Below are positions 1 to 9,308 of a stretch of DNA of 64,000 bases, piece by piece. The translations under genes were made by a program, and so were the position numbers. How positions within the stretch are numbered: the first letter of the stretch is position 1; the number at the start of each line of letters is the position of its first letter. The DNA is taken from contig CBDEUZ010000007.1 of assembly GCA_965243495.1 (NCBI GenBank), forward strand, positions 154,450 through 218,449, in the 5' to 3' direction. Under the pieces are notes generated by a model. It was given only the letters and a program-made list of their open reading frames with translations, made no database searches and was not told where the DNA came from. Source of the stretch: Dehalococcoidia bacterium. Its GTDB lineage: Bacteria > Chloroflexota > Dehalococcoidia > UBA6926.

Positions 1-805
1 CGCCGAACCGGTCGCCGAATTTGATCCGGATGAGTTTTTCAACTTCACGGACTACCGCCCAATCGTAAACGTCGATGACTCCGGCGTACGGTCTCTCACG
101 TGGCCGCAGAACCGCTTCAACCTCGCCCCCGGCACGGACGCGACGGAGCCCCTTTTGCTCTTCTCCGGCATTGAGCCGCATCTGCGGTGGAAGCGATTCA
201 GCGACCAGTTCGTTGATTTTCTCCTCGAGTGTGGCGTTGAGCACATGATCTCATTCGGCGCGCTGCTGAACGCCGTGCCCCACACCCGCAAGCCGTTCGT
301 GAACGGCAGCAGCAGGAGGCCGGAGATCAAGGCAACAATGGAACGCCTCGGAATCTCGCGCGGCGGCTCCTACAACGGCCCGACGGGAATTTCGTCCGCC
401 ATCGCGGAGGCATGCCAACGGCGCGGCATCAGCACCTCCGGCTTCTGGGGTCATGTGCCGCACTACATCCAGACGTCGCCGAACCCCACCATGATCCACG
501 CCATTCTGGACACGTTGCGTCAGTCAATCGGGATCGGCGCGGATCTCCGTGAGCTGGAGGGCGAGTCCGCGGCGTTCTATGAGCAATGCGAAGAGGCCAT
601 CGAGGAAGAGCCGTCCATGCGCCAGTACGTTCGGAAACTTGAGCAGTACTACGACGAGACGGAGGCGGAACAGCAGACCGGTCGCCCAAGCAGCACGGGA
701 ATTATCACCCCCGGCTCGCCGGAATTCCCTGACGCGCAGGACCTCGTCGACGACCTTGAAGATTTCCTCCGCCGCCGCCCACCCTTCAACGGCTCCTCTT
801 CCTAG
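1..805 (+). CDS. PAC2 (proteasome assembly chaperone-like) family protein, 5' partial
   Basis: Frame 2 is open from the window edge. The translation (...DPDEFFNFTDYRPIVNVDDSGVRSLTWPQNRF...GIEPHLRWKRFSDQF...) resembles actinobacterial/Chloroflexi PAC2 family proteins. It ends with an acidic tail. Confidence 0.55.
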   Translation, partial: AEPVAEFDPDEFFNFTDYRPIVNVDDSGVRSLTWPQNRFNLAPGTDATEPLLLFSGIEPHLRWKRFSDQFVDFLLECGVEHMISFGALLNAVPHTRKPFVNGSSRRPEIKATMERLGISRGGSYNGPTGISSAIAEACQRRGISTSGFWGHVPHYIQTSPNPTMIHAILDTLRQSIGIGADLRELEGESAAFYEQCEEAIEEEPSMRQYVRKLEQYYDETEAEQQTGRPSSTGIITPGSPEFPDAQDLVDDLEDFLRRRPPFNGSSS

Positions 806-853
806 ACCCCAACACCCCACCCCGCTCCCTACCCCGCGCTAGAATGGGATGGA

Positions 854-927
854 CGGGGCGTAGCGCAGCCCGGCAGCGCGCCTGCTTTGGGAGCAGGAAG
901 TCCCCGGTTCAAATCCGGGCGCCCCGA
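854..927 (+). tRNA. tRNA-Pro (anticodon TGG)
   Basis: Cloverleaf folded by hand. Acceptor CGGGGCG/CGCCCCG, D-stem GCGC, anticodon stem CCTGC/GCAGG with loop TTTGGGA, T-arm CCCGG-TTCAAAT-CCGGG, discriminator A. CCA is not encoded. Confidence 0.85.
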
Positions 928-937
928 CTTTTCTAGT

Positions 938-966
938 CGTCATTCCCGCGAAAGCGGGAATCTGAA
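938..966 (+). repeat. Isolated copy of repeat module A (gtcattcccgcgaaagcgggaatc) just downstream of tRNA-Pro
   Basis: Exact match to the CCCGC-GAAA-GCGGG hairpin module seen more than 15 times in the window. Confidence 0.8.
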
Positions 967-990
967 TCTTGTTGGGCAGGTCAGACCACC

Positions 991-2226
991 CTACGCCGCC
1001 CCACCCTCACCCCTCACCGCCCCGATCCCACGACTCATGGCGGCTAAGGAAACAACAATGCTGACCACAACGATCAGAGCCGCAACCGTGTACGGCGTTC
1101 CGGTTAGCCCATCTGCCGCGTCCGCGATGCGGCCGCTCATAGCTGCTCCGGCAGCCACACCCAGTGAGTACGCGCCGTAGAAAATGCCGAACGCTCGGCC
1201 CCGATGGCGGGTTCCGCCTGAATCCGCCACCAGAGCGGCAGCGGCGGGAAACAGGAGCCCGAACCCCAGCCCGACAACACCCATACCCAGGAACACTGCC
1301 CACACGTCCTGGTTGGCTGCCATAAGCACAAGGCCCGCCCCGAAGAGCAACAGTCCTCCGCTAACGATGGCGAGTCGGTTGAAGCGGTCGCCAAAGACAC
1401 CCATCGCGCCCACCATCATAATCAGCGCCATCACAGCGTACAGGGTGAAAGCCGTCCCTGACGTCCTCGACGTCTCCCCCAACTCCTCAACGTGCAGCGG
1501 CAGATAGGCCGCAAGCGTGCCGATACCAATCGTCAGCGCAACAACAACCACAGACGCTACCGTCAGACCCACAGCGTCCAAACGGCTGCCTTCTGGTTCG
1601 TCAACAGGTTCGGCAATCTCTTGCGTGGTAGGTATCTCTCCCACCCCGCGCGACCCAATCACATAGATCACTGCCGTCGCCGCCATCAACCCTGCTGCAA
1701 TGAGAAACACTGGTTCATATCCAAACCTGTCGGCGAGGATTCCGGCAGACGCCGGACCAACCACAGCGGCGACCGCGATGCCTGCCGCGCTGCGCCCCAT
1801 TCTCCTGGCACGTTGGCCCTGCTGGGTGGAATCTCCAAGCATGGCGAATGCTCCGGGAGTCAGTACAGCGGCTGCGATTCCATGCAGTCCCCTGACAGCA
1901 AGAAGTACTTCCGCGCTGTTGGCCACGGCATATCCTGCAAGAGCGAGCGAAGTGACTACCAAGCCCGTCGTGATGGGGATTCTCCGACCAAACCGATCCA
2001 AAAAATATCCCGCCACGACATTGCCCGGAAGGTTCGTGATTGAGTACGCCGCGACGATGATGCCGACCATCGTGGCAGACGCGCCCAGATCATCGGCATA
2101 CGTCGGAACAAGCGGCAGTCCAATGAAGAAATCAAGGAATGCGACGAAGACAACAAGTGTCGCGAGTTGAGCGCTGCGCTGCCCGGTCATTCCCGGTGCG
2201 ACAGCAATGTGATTCGATGAAGACAT
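991..2226 (-). CDS. MFS transporter
   Basis: 12-TM hydrophobic profile with MFS signature (GYFLDRFGRR...). The likely start is MSSSNHIAV at 2226; the longest ORF extends to 2274. Confidence 0.8.
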   Translation of the reverse strand: MSSSNHIAVAPGMTGQRSAQLATLVVFVAFLDFFIGLPLVPTYADDLGASATMVGIIVAAYSITNLPGNVVAGYFLDRFGRRIPITTGLVVTSLALAGYAVANSAEVLLAVRGLHGIAAAVLTPGAFAMLGDSTQQGQRARRMGRSAAGIAVAAVVGPASAGILADRFGYEPVFLIAAGLMAATAVIYVIGSRGVGEIPTTQEIAEPVDEPEGSRLDAVGLTVASVVVVALTIGIGTLAAYLPLHVEELGETSRTSGTAFTLYAVMALIMMVGAMGVFGDRFNRLAIVSGGLLLFGAGLVLMAANQDVWAVFLGMGVVGLGFGLLFPAAAALVADSGGTRHRGRAFGIFYGAYSLGVAAGAAMSGRIADAADGLTGTPYTVAALIVVVSIVVSLAAMSRGIGAVRGEGGAA

Positions 2227-2339
2227 GGCGTATAGTCTGACCCTGCGCTGACGCGCGTTGAGGCGATGCCACACTAACGTATCACGGACGACGCTCGGGC
2301 TATCATCAATAAGAGTCCACAGAGAGATAGGGAGGCGTT

Positions 2340-2705
2340 GTGGCGGCGGTTCGATACATCGTCAGAGACGTAGAGCAGGCGGTGACGTTTTATACGTCTC
2401 TACTGGGTTTCTCGGTGGCCGAACAATACGGCCCCGCAATGGCAATCGTGACGCGCGGCGATCTGAGCCTTTGGCTGGCAGGGCCGCGCGCATCCGCCTC
2501 CCGCCCCATGCCGGACGGCCGCCAACCTGAGCCGGGCGGCTGGGCACGCATCGTCATCGAAACCGACGATATCGAGTCCACCACCGCCGCCCTCCATGAC
2601 GCGGGCGCGGCTTTCCGCAATGACATCATCAGCGGCCCGGGAGGTAGACAGGTCATCGTGGAAGACCCCTCCGGCAACCCAATCGAGATATTCCAACCCA
2701 GCTGA
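2340..2705 (+). CDS. VOC family protein (glyoxalase/bleomycin-resistance fold)
   Basis: 121-aa product MAAVRYIVRDVEQAVTFYTSLLGF... GTG start preceded by GGGAGG. Confidence 0.7.
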   Translation: MAAVRYIVRDVEQAVTFYTSLLGFSVAEQYGPAMAIVTRGDLSLWLAGPRASASRPMPDGRQPEPGGWARIVIETDDIESTTAALHDAGAAFRNDIISGPGGRQVIVEDPSGNPIEIFQPS

Positions 2706-3075
2706 GGCCGCCGTCATTCCCGCGAAAGCCCCCGTTCGCCCTGAGCCTGTCGAAGGGGGCTCCCGAACGGGGACCTATCATACCCATGTCATTCCGAGCG
2801 CAGTCGAGGAATCTAAAGTCTCAATTGCCCACCCAAGAAGGAACGCGGCACACCAAACACAGCGGCCACCCGCGCCGGACCGCGAACCGAGAGCCGTAAC
2901 GCAGTTACCCCGTTCGCCCTGAGCTTGTCGAAGGGTGAACCCCGCGCCACCCCTAATCCTTCAGTCGAAGCACTTCCCCACTGTCATTCTGAACGCAGCG
3001 CAGCGGAGTGAAGAATCCAAAGACTCATTGAGCTTCCCAACACGGCTTTAGATTCCTCGCTCCGCTCGGAATGAC
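2706..3075. repeat. Mosaic intergenic repeat array (modules A-partial, B, C, F, B, C, inverted C)
   Basis: Module B at 2730-2773 and 2911-2945. Module C at 2797-2835 and 2983-3025, with an inverted copy at 3040-3072. Module F (gagagccgtaacgcagttacccc) at about 2885-2910. Confidence 0.85.
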
Positions 3076-3136
3076 ATGCGCAGTAGTATTGTCAGAGAGC
3101 AGCACGACTGCATTTCGAACCAATAGTGGAGGAACT

Positions 3137-3934
3137 ATGCCCGGCCTGAACGAATTCAGCCTTGACGGAAAGACGGCAATCGTCACCGGCGCCGGTCAGG
3201 GAATCGGCAAGGGCATCGCCCTCGCGCTGGCTGAGGCCGGAGCAGACGTGGTCGTCGCCGGCATCACCGTCGCGGACCGCTCGCGTTCCGAAGCCGACCT
3301 CGAAGCAACGGCGGACGAGATCCGCCTCCTTGGCCGCTCTGCCCTGCCCGTCGTCGCGGACGCCCGCGATGACGCCGATGTCCGCGCGTTGGTTGACGCC
3401 ACTCTTGCGGAGTTCGGCGGGTTGGACATCATGGTCAACAACGCGGGCGGAAGCTTCTATGCCCGCTTTCCGGACATCAGCGAGGGTGGCTTTGAGGCGA
3501 TTGTCCGGAACAACCTCAAAAGCACCTTCCTCTGCTGTCAGGCCGCAGGGGCCGTCATGAGGGAAAGGCAGACCGGAGTAATCATCAACCTCTCGTCCGG
3601 CGCGGCCTTCGCAGGTTCCATTGCCCAGCCTGTCTACGCCGCAACGAAAGCGGGCATCACCAACCTGACACAGACGCTGGCCGCTGAGTTCGCCCCTCAC
3701 GTCCGCGTTGTCTCCCTCGCCCCCGGCCTCACGGATACCGTCGGGATGAGAGCGGGCTACGGCGACGAGGCCGAAGCGAGGGTCGCGGCGCAGGCCCAGA
3801 CCATGGCCGCCAAACGTCTCGCCACGCCGCGTGACATGGGGCTGGCCTGTGTCTTCCTTGCCAGCGACGCGGCCTCCTACGTCAGCGGCATCACCCTGCG
3901 CGTTGATGGCGGCGGACGCGCGGCAGATGACTAA
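3137..3934 (+). CDS. SDR family NAD(P)-dependent oxidoreductase
   Basis: TGAGQGIGKGIALALAEAGADVVV Rossmann motif and NNAG motif. RBS GGAGGA 5 nt before ATG 3137. The ORF track start at 3071 lies inside a repeat. Confidence 0.85.
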   Translation: MPGLNEFSLDGKTAIVTGAGQGIGKGIALALAEAGADVVVAGITVADRSRSEADLEATADEIRLLGRSALPVVADARDDADVRALVDATLAEFGGLDIMVNNAGGSFYARFPDISEGGFEAIVRNNLKSTFLCCQAAGAVMRERQTGVIINLSSGAAFAGSIAQPVYAATKAGITNLTQTLAAEFAPHVRVVSLAPGLTDTVGMRAGYGDEAEARVAAQAQTMAAKRLATPRDMGLACVFLASDAASYVSGITLRVDGGGRAADD

Positions 3935-3965
3935 GAGGCGTACGAGTCCATAAGGTCACGACGGC

Positions 3966-5189
3966 ATGACCCTCGACGATACCCTTTCCGAAGAGCTGCG
4001 CCTGCTGCGCCATTCCGTGCGTGAGCCTGTGCGCGATAAGGTCGCTCCCCGCGCATGGCAGATCGACCAGGATCGCGAATACCCGCAAGACATCTTTGAG
4101 ACCTTTCGCGACCAGGGCTTGTTCGCCTTGGCGCTCCCTGAGAACGAGGGTGGAACCGGCGCGGGAACAATGGGATTGGCCATCGCCGTTGAAGAGGTCG
4201 CGCGGGCCTGTGCCTCGTCGGCTCAGATGCTCATCCTCTCCGCCCTTGTCACGTGGCCCATGCGCCTGTTCGGCACGGACGCCATGCGGCAAAACGACGT
4301 CCGCGCCGTTGCGGACGGCAGCAAACGCGGCTCCTTCGCCCTGACGGAACCCAACGCCTCCTCGGATCTCGGCTCCATGGTCACTCGCGCCGAAAAAGCA
4401 GGCTCCGACTACATCATCAGCGGAGAAAAAGATTTCATCAGCGGCTCCCCTCAGGCTGATTTCTTCATCGTCTTTGCCGGAGCAGGCGATAACTCAGACA
4501 TGCGAGAAAGCATGACCGCGTTCCTCGTCGACGTGCCCCAGCCCGGCGTCATCTTTCTCCGGCGCGACGAGGGTATGGGTCTCAAGGGAATGCCCCACTG
4601 CGATTGGTCTTTTGACGGCTGCCGCACACCGGAGTCGCACGTGATCGGCGATATCGGACAGGGAGAGGAGATTGCCCGCCTGAGCATGAACGCCATCCAG
4701 CCGCTACTCGCCGCCCGCGGACTCGGCGCGGCGGAGGAGGCGCTGGCATTCGCGCGAGACTACGCCAACACGCGCCGCATCTACGACGGACTGCTCGCAG
4801 ACCTGCAGACCACCCAACTCCACCTCGCCGAAATGGCCGTCAACGTTGAAGCGACGCGTCTGCTGACGTACCAGGCGGCACGCATGGTGGATGAAAATCG
4901 ATTCCGTGACGAGGGTGATGCCGCTTACCTAAACGCCGCCAAGCTCATGTCCGCCCGCACTGCCGCCCACGCCACCGATCACGCCATGCAGGCCGTCGGC
5001 GGCCACGGCTACATGGAAGTCCACCCGCTTGAGCGTATGTATCGTGACGCCCGCCACCTGAGCCTCTACATGGGAACAAGCGAGGTGCTCAGCCTGCGTG
5101 TGGCCCGCGCAGTTCTGGACGGCTCGCTCGGCTACGGCCCGTCCGTCTCTCGCCAATCAACCGAGGAACGTTCGCGGCGGCAGGGGTAG
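3966..5189 (+). CDS. acyl-CoA dehydrogenase family protein
   Basis: 407-aa product with ACAD-like N-terminal, middle and C-terminal regions (..FALTEPNASSDLGSM.., ..GGHGYMEVHPLERMYRDAR..). Confidence 0.85.
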   Translation: MTLDDTLSEELRLLRHSVREPVRDKVAPRAWQIDQDREYPQDIFETFRDQGLFALALPENEGGTGAGTMGLAIAVEEVARACASSAQMLILSALVTWPMRLFGTDAMRQNDVRAVADGSKRGSFALTEPNASSDLGSMVTRAEKAGSDYIISGEKDFISGSPQADFFIVFAGAGDNSDMRESMTAFLVDVPQPGVIFLRRDEGMGLKGMPHCDWSFDGCRTPESHVIGDIGQGEEIARLSMNAIQPLLAARGLGAAEEALAFARDYANTRRIYDGLLADLQTTQLHLAEMAVNVEATRLLTYQAARMVDENRFRDEGDAAYLNAAKLMSARTAAHATDHAMQAVGGHGYMEVHPLERMYRDARHLSLYMGTSEVLSLRVARAVLDGSLGYGPSVSRQSTEERSRRQG

Positions 5190-5210
5190 GATAGGGGTGG
5201 AGGGGGTAGC

Positions 5211-6086
5211 ATGTCTGAATTCACGATGCATGTCGGCAACGCTGAAATCATCGCCGTGACGGACATGAACATCATCTATCCGAGGCCCCTGTCGGAACTA
5301 TTCCCTGCCGTGCCTGTGGAGGCATGGGACGACTATCGCGACGAATTTGCGGACACGTTCGCAGGCAACCACATCCGGCTGGAGATTGGGTGCTACGTCG
5401 TCCGCTCGCAGGGACAGACAATCCTCATTGACACCGGCTACGGCCCCGGCCCCATCGAGGGAGAGGATGGCCAGCTCATGGACAATCTCTCAGCCGCCGG
5501 CGTTGAAGCTGCGGATGTGGATGTTGTCTTCTTCTCGCACCTGCACCCCGATCACACCGGCTGGAACATGGTTTGGGGAGAAGAGATTCCCACTGAGCCG
5601 ACCTTTCCAAACGCGCGCTACGTCGTCCACGAGCTTGACCTCGAGCACTTCCGCAAGCCGGAAACGCAGGCGGCAATGTCGTTCCCCTTCATGCACCATG
5701 ATGTGGAGCCGCTGGACACGCTCGGCATACTCGACACGATCGATGAAGATACGGACCTCACGCCTGAGGTGAGAGCCGTCCACACGCCCGGCCACACCCC
5801 GGGTCACATGAGCGTCGTGGTTGAGTCCGGCGGCCAGGACGCCATCATCCAGGGCGATGTGTTCATCCACCCGGCGCAGGTTGTCGAGGACGACTGGAAT
5901 TGCATCTTTGACGTCGATTGGCCGTTGGCGACCGAGGGGCGTCGCAAGATGCTGGACGAGGCCGCTGACAAGGGTACGCCACTGATTTCATGCCACTTCC
6001 CCCTGCCCGGTTTCGGACGAATCGGACGCAGGGGAGGCAAGAGATACTACCAGGTCGGCCTGGACATCATGCCGGTCAACAACTAG
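5211..6086 (+). CDS. MBL-fold metallo-hydrolase
   Basis: HLHPDHTGW (HxHxDH) motif plus downstream His/Asp ligands. 291 aa. Confidence 0.8.
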   Translation: MSEFTMHVGNAEIIAVTDMNIIYPRPLSELFPAVPVEAWDDYRDEFADTFAGNHIRLEIGCYVVRSQGQTILIDTGYGPGPIEGEDGQLMDNLSAAGVEAADVDVVFFSHLHPDHTGWNMVWGEEIPTEPTFPNARYVVHELDLEHFRKPETQAAMSFPFMHHDVEPLDTLGILDTIDEDTDLTPEVRAVHTPGHTPGHMSVVVESGGQDAIIQGDVFIHPAQVVEDDWNCIFDVDWPLATEGRRKMLDEAADKGTPLISCHFPLPGFGRIGRRGGKRYYQVGLDIMPVNN

Positions 6087-6097
6087 GAGAAATCGAC

Positions 6098-7345
6098 ATG
6101 GCAACCGACGCAGAGCAACGGGTTCTCGACAGCATCAATACCGCCGAGATGACGAGTCTTGCGGAACAGCTTGTCAGCATTCCTAGCTTCAAGACGGAGG
6201 AGACGGAAGTCGCTCGTTTTCTGGAGGGATATTTCTCAGATCGCGGCTACGAAGTCCAGGTGCAGGAGGTGGAGCCCGGACGCCTTCAGACCATCGCTAT
6301 CCTTCGCGGTTCAGGCGGCGGCAAGTCCTTCATGCTCAACGGCCATACGGACATCGACCCACTCGCCATGGGCTGGAAACGCGATCCGTGGACGCCCAGC
6401 GTCGAGGATGACCGCATCTACGGCGCAGGCATCCGCAACATGAAGGCCGGCGTTGCCTCCATGATTACCGCGGCGGAGGCGCTGCGAACATCAGGCGTAG
6501 AACGGCGCGGCGACATCGTCATCGCGTGTGTCGTCGGCGAACTGCAGGGCGGCGTGGGGACCATCTACCTCTGTGAGAACGGCCCGCTTGCGGACATGGC
6601 CGTCATCCCGGAACCGCACGGCGCGAACAATATCCTGACCACCCACGCAGGCGTCGTCGAATTCGCAGTCCACATCATCGGCAACTCGCGTCACATCGTT
6701 CGCAAGGATGAAGCGGTGGACGCCATCGCCAACATGGCCAAGGCCGTCCCTGCCCTCAACAGCGTCGAATTCACCCACACACCGCGTGAAGACCTGCCCG
6801 GCCTCCCTCGCATCAACGTCGGTGCCATCATCGGCGGCCGCGGACGCGACTATGACCTCCGCGGCCCCAACTGGGTCGCGGACTTCTGCACCGCCCTTGT
6901 CGACGTGCGATTCCTGCCCGGCATGTCCTCGGAATCCGTCAGGGCTGACATCGAGCGCGCTCTGGACGCCATCAAGAGTGACGACCCCGATTTCAACTAT
7001 GAAATCGAGATGCCGCCCGACCCGAAATACCGCGTGTTCACGCGTGTGATGGAGCCGTTCGATCTACCGAAGGACGAGTACATCGTGGACGCCGTTTTGC
7101 GGAGTTTCCGTGCCGTCACGGGGCGCGAACCGGACGGATTCGGCACGGTGCTGCCCGGCTCCTACACCGGCGACGACACCACGCACCTCTGGCGCGCCGG
7201 CGTCTCGTGCCTCCTCTATGGCGCTGGTGGGGCATCTGAATCCGAGACCATCCCGGATGAATACGTCCGCATCCCTGACATGGACCAAGTCGCCCGCGTC
7301 CTCGCGCTCACCGCCCTGGACGTAATCAGCTTGCCCAGCGATTAG
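6098..7345 (+). CDS. M20 family metallopeptidase (ArgE/DapE-like deacylase)
   Basis: LVSIPSFKTEE..NGHTDIDP motifs. RBS AGGAG before ATG 6098. The ORF track start at 5990 overlaps the upstream gene. Confidence 0.8.
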   Translation: MATDAEQRVLDSINTAEMTSLAEQLVSIPSFKTEETEVARFLEGYFSDRGYEVQVQEVEPGRLQTIAILRGSGGGKSFMLNGHTDIDPLAMGWKRDPWTPSVEDDRIYGAGIRNMKAGVASMITAAEALRTSGVERRGDIVIACVVGELQGGVGTIYLCENGPLADMAVIPEPHGANNILTTHAGVVEFAVHIIGNSRHIVRKDEAVDAIANMAKAVPALNSVEFTHTPREDLPGLPRINVGAIIGGRGRDYDLRGPNWVADFCTALVDVRFLPGMSSESVRADIERALDAIKSDDPDFNYEIEMPPDPKYRVFTRVMEPFDLPKDEYIVDAVLRSFRAVTGREPDGFGTVLPGSYTGDDTTHLWRAGVSCLLYGAGGASESETIPDEYVRIPDMDQVARVLALTALDVISLPSD

Positions 7346-7640
7346 ACCATCATCCCCGTCTTCATCTCGTCATTCCCGCGAAAGCGGAAATCCAGTGCGG
7401 CGCACAGCGCCGTCTCCTCCACTCAGGCTGAAGCCCGCCGCCTCCCCCGTTCGCCCTGAGCTTGTCGAAGGGGGCTCCCGAACGGGGAAATATACCTTCC
7501 CTCATTCCCGCGAAAGCGGGAATCCAGTGCGGCGCACAGCGCCGCCTCCCCCGTTCGCCCTGAGCTTGTCGAAGGGGGCTCCCGAACAGGGGAATATACC
7601 ACCCCTCATTCCACTGCCACGCCGGAACGTCCAGCACGAA
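7346..7640. repeat. Mosaic repeat array with internal tandem duplication of an A+B composite (about 105-125 nt unit x2)
   Basis: Unit 1 at 7371-7496 and unit 2 at 7497-7601 share A (cattcccgcgaaagcgg[g/a]aatccagtgcggcgcacagcgccg) followed by B (ccccgttcgccctgagcttgtcgaagggggctcccgaac). Unit 1 carries a 25-nt extra insert. Confidence 0.85.
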
Positions 7641-7754
7641 CTCACTGACCCATCAACACAGCTCGCGAACCCCAGAATCCACACATCAGTTACGCCGGAA
7701 CGCGGCGGACCAACTGATTCCTAAACCAAAGCCGGATCGCGAACTCCAAAAAAC

Positions 7755-9308
7755 TCACATCATGCGGGCGTCATCAGGGCCCATGCCGGGCGGCGGGCTT
7801 TCCTCGTGTGGCCGGAGGTCCGGACGGACACGCATCCAGCGCGGCAACGGGGCGCGAACCGGACCTTCTTCGGTTGCCGTAGCAGCGGGCTTCCTCTCCG
7901 GTCGATGGCGCGGAGGCGGATACAGTTCTCGGATGTTAGACCAGATGGCACGGAGCTGCCCAACGTCCTCACGGGACGGCGGGATGCCGCCGTACCGCGC
8001 CCGCACGAACGAGTCCGTGAAGATGGCGATATCCTGCCCCACGAAGAGTCGACTGAGTTCCGGATGAAACTCCTCCGGCGTCTCCCACCCCTCGCGTGCC
8101 ACTCCGTGGTCGTCGGCCAGTGCTACCAGTCCCCGGTACGCGCCCAGCGCAACGGAAACTGGGTTGTTGGGGTCCAGATCAGTCGTAATGTCGGCATGCT
8201 TGGGTGAGCGTCGGAATCGGGCGGCCAGTGCTGACATCGCGGAAGAAAGGTCTTCAACAATCGTCGTCTCGCCCTGCAGCCGCTCGCGCTCTTCGCCCAT
8301 CTCTGCTTGCGAGCGCCGCCCCCGAAAACCGCTGAACAGCCGCCACAGGAACCACGCCACCCCAACGACGGCTGCCGTAACGGCCGCCCAGCCGAATATT
8401 CTGGACAGCCAATACAGCAGCCTGTTCTCTTCTTCGTCGCGTGTGAAGATCCGCTCAAAATCCGGCGCGGACGGCAGTTGAAGTTCGGGGCTCTCTCCCT
8501 CCGTGGCGAAGAGGCCTATCACCTGAAAGAACGCCCAGACGAACGCCTGGATGACTATCTCAAAGACCCAGCCGACAACAACCAACACGGGTATGAACAG
8601 CCGCCCTGCGAACCCGAATACCGTCGCTGCGACTCGCCCCAGTTCGCCCTCCGCCAGAACGGCCAGCAGAACACTGCCGATGAGGATGCCACCCACGGTA
8701 AGCGCCATCATGCGCGGCCAGTCTTTCAGTCCGGCGCTCTGCTCCGGGTCCATTGACGTGATATGGATCAACGCAAATGATGCGATACCCATCCCAAAGA
8801 AGAGGAACGTGGGAATCGGCGCGCCGGAATAGCTCTCGATTAAGACATCGATTACCACCCCCACCACCACAACGGCAACACCGATGCGGAAGGACTGCGC
8901 TAGTGAATTGACCCAAACGGATTCCTGTCCAAGATGTGTGCCGCGCCACCAGAAAACGCCGAGCATGATGCCGCCGACGATTGGGTGGCGGCCCTCCTGC
9001 CAGTCCTGCCAGAACCACAGCGGCCATGAAAAATCCCAGCCCACCTGCGGAAGCATGGCAATACCGAGATAGATGACGATTGCGCCGCCCCCGGCCACGA
9101 TACCCCGCGCCGCGGGCATGGTCGCGCCCGCGGGCACAATCCAGCGGGTGAGGATATACCCGGAAGCGGCGACGATCAAAGCCAGCCACACGGGCACCAG
9201 GCTCTCCCCCGCCCCGATCATCAGCAGAGCGAGAGCGCCGGCAATGGTGATCCACGCCACCTCCATCGTGAGGCGCGCCCCCTCCAATGCCAGCGGCGCC
9301 CATCTCAT
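7755..9308 (-). CDS. Polytopic membrane protein with C-terminal DUF4129-like domain (MoxR/DUF58-associated)
   Basis: Multiple TM helices, then a soluble C-terminal region (..ETPEEFHPELSRLF..DSFVRARYGG..). It sits as third gene of a MoxR-DUF58 operon; its start overlaps the DUF58 stop. Confidence 0.55.
   Translation of the reverse strand: MRWAPLALEGARLTMEVAWITIAGALALLMIGAGESLVPVWLALIVAASGYILTRWIVPAGATMPAARGIVAGGGAIVIYLGIAMLPQVGWDFSWPLWFWQDWQEGRHPIVGGIMLGVFWWRGTHLGQESVWVNSLAQSFRIGVAVVVVGVVIDVLIESYSGAPIPTFLFFGMGIASFALIHITSMDPEQSAGLKDWPRMMALTVGGILIGSVLLAVLAEGELGRVAATVFGFAGRLFIPVLVVVGWVFEIVIQAFVWAFFQVIGLFATEGESPELQLPSAPDFERIFTRDEEENRLLYWLSRIFGWAAVTAAVVGVAWFLWRLFSGFRGRRSQAEMGEERERLQGETTIVEDLSSAMSALAARFRRSPKHADITTDLDPNNPVSVALGAYRGLVALADDHGVAREGWETPEEFHPELSRLFVGQDIAIFTDSFVRARYGGIPPSREDVGQLRAIWSNIRELYPPPRHRPERKPAATATEEGPVRAPLPRWMRVRPDLRPHEESPPPGMGPDDARMM

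Noticed and set aside
2596-2922. ORFs lying wholly inside repeat arrays (e.g. 2596-2922, 7395-7724, 7362-7637, 33097-33711, 33506-33757, 28241-28654)
   Set aside because: Their translations are just the repeat modules read through (PVRPEPVEGGSRTG, RHSRESGNP...). They recur wherever the repeats occur and have no independent coding signal.
3092-3700. Long antisense or alternative-frame ORFs overlapping confident genes (e.g. 3092-3700 -, 8560-9303 -, 12735-13481 -, 19379-20221 -, 23839-24693 -, 32490-33431 -, 36000-36920 -)
   Set aside because: These are expected in about 65% GC DNA, where stop codons are rare in non-coding frames. Each overlaps a gene with clear homology-like motifs on the other strand or frame.
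5990-6097. N-terminal extensions in the ORF track for several genes (5990, 3071, 34045, 38402, 40428, 41239, 19482, 27749, 46609, 49187)
   Set aside because: They overlap upstream genes or repeats. Internal starts with plausible RBS and ortholog-like N-termini were preferred.
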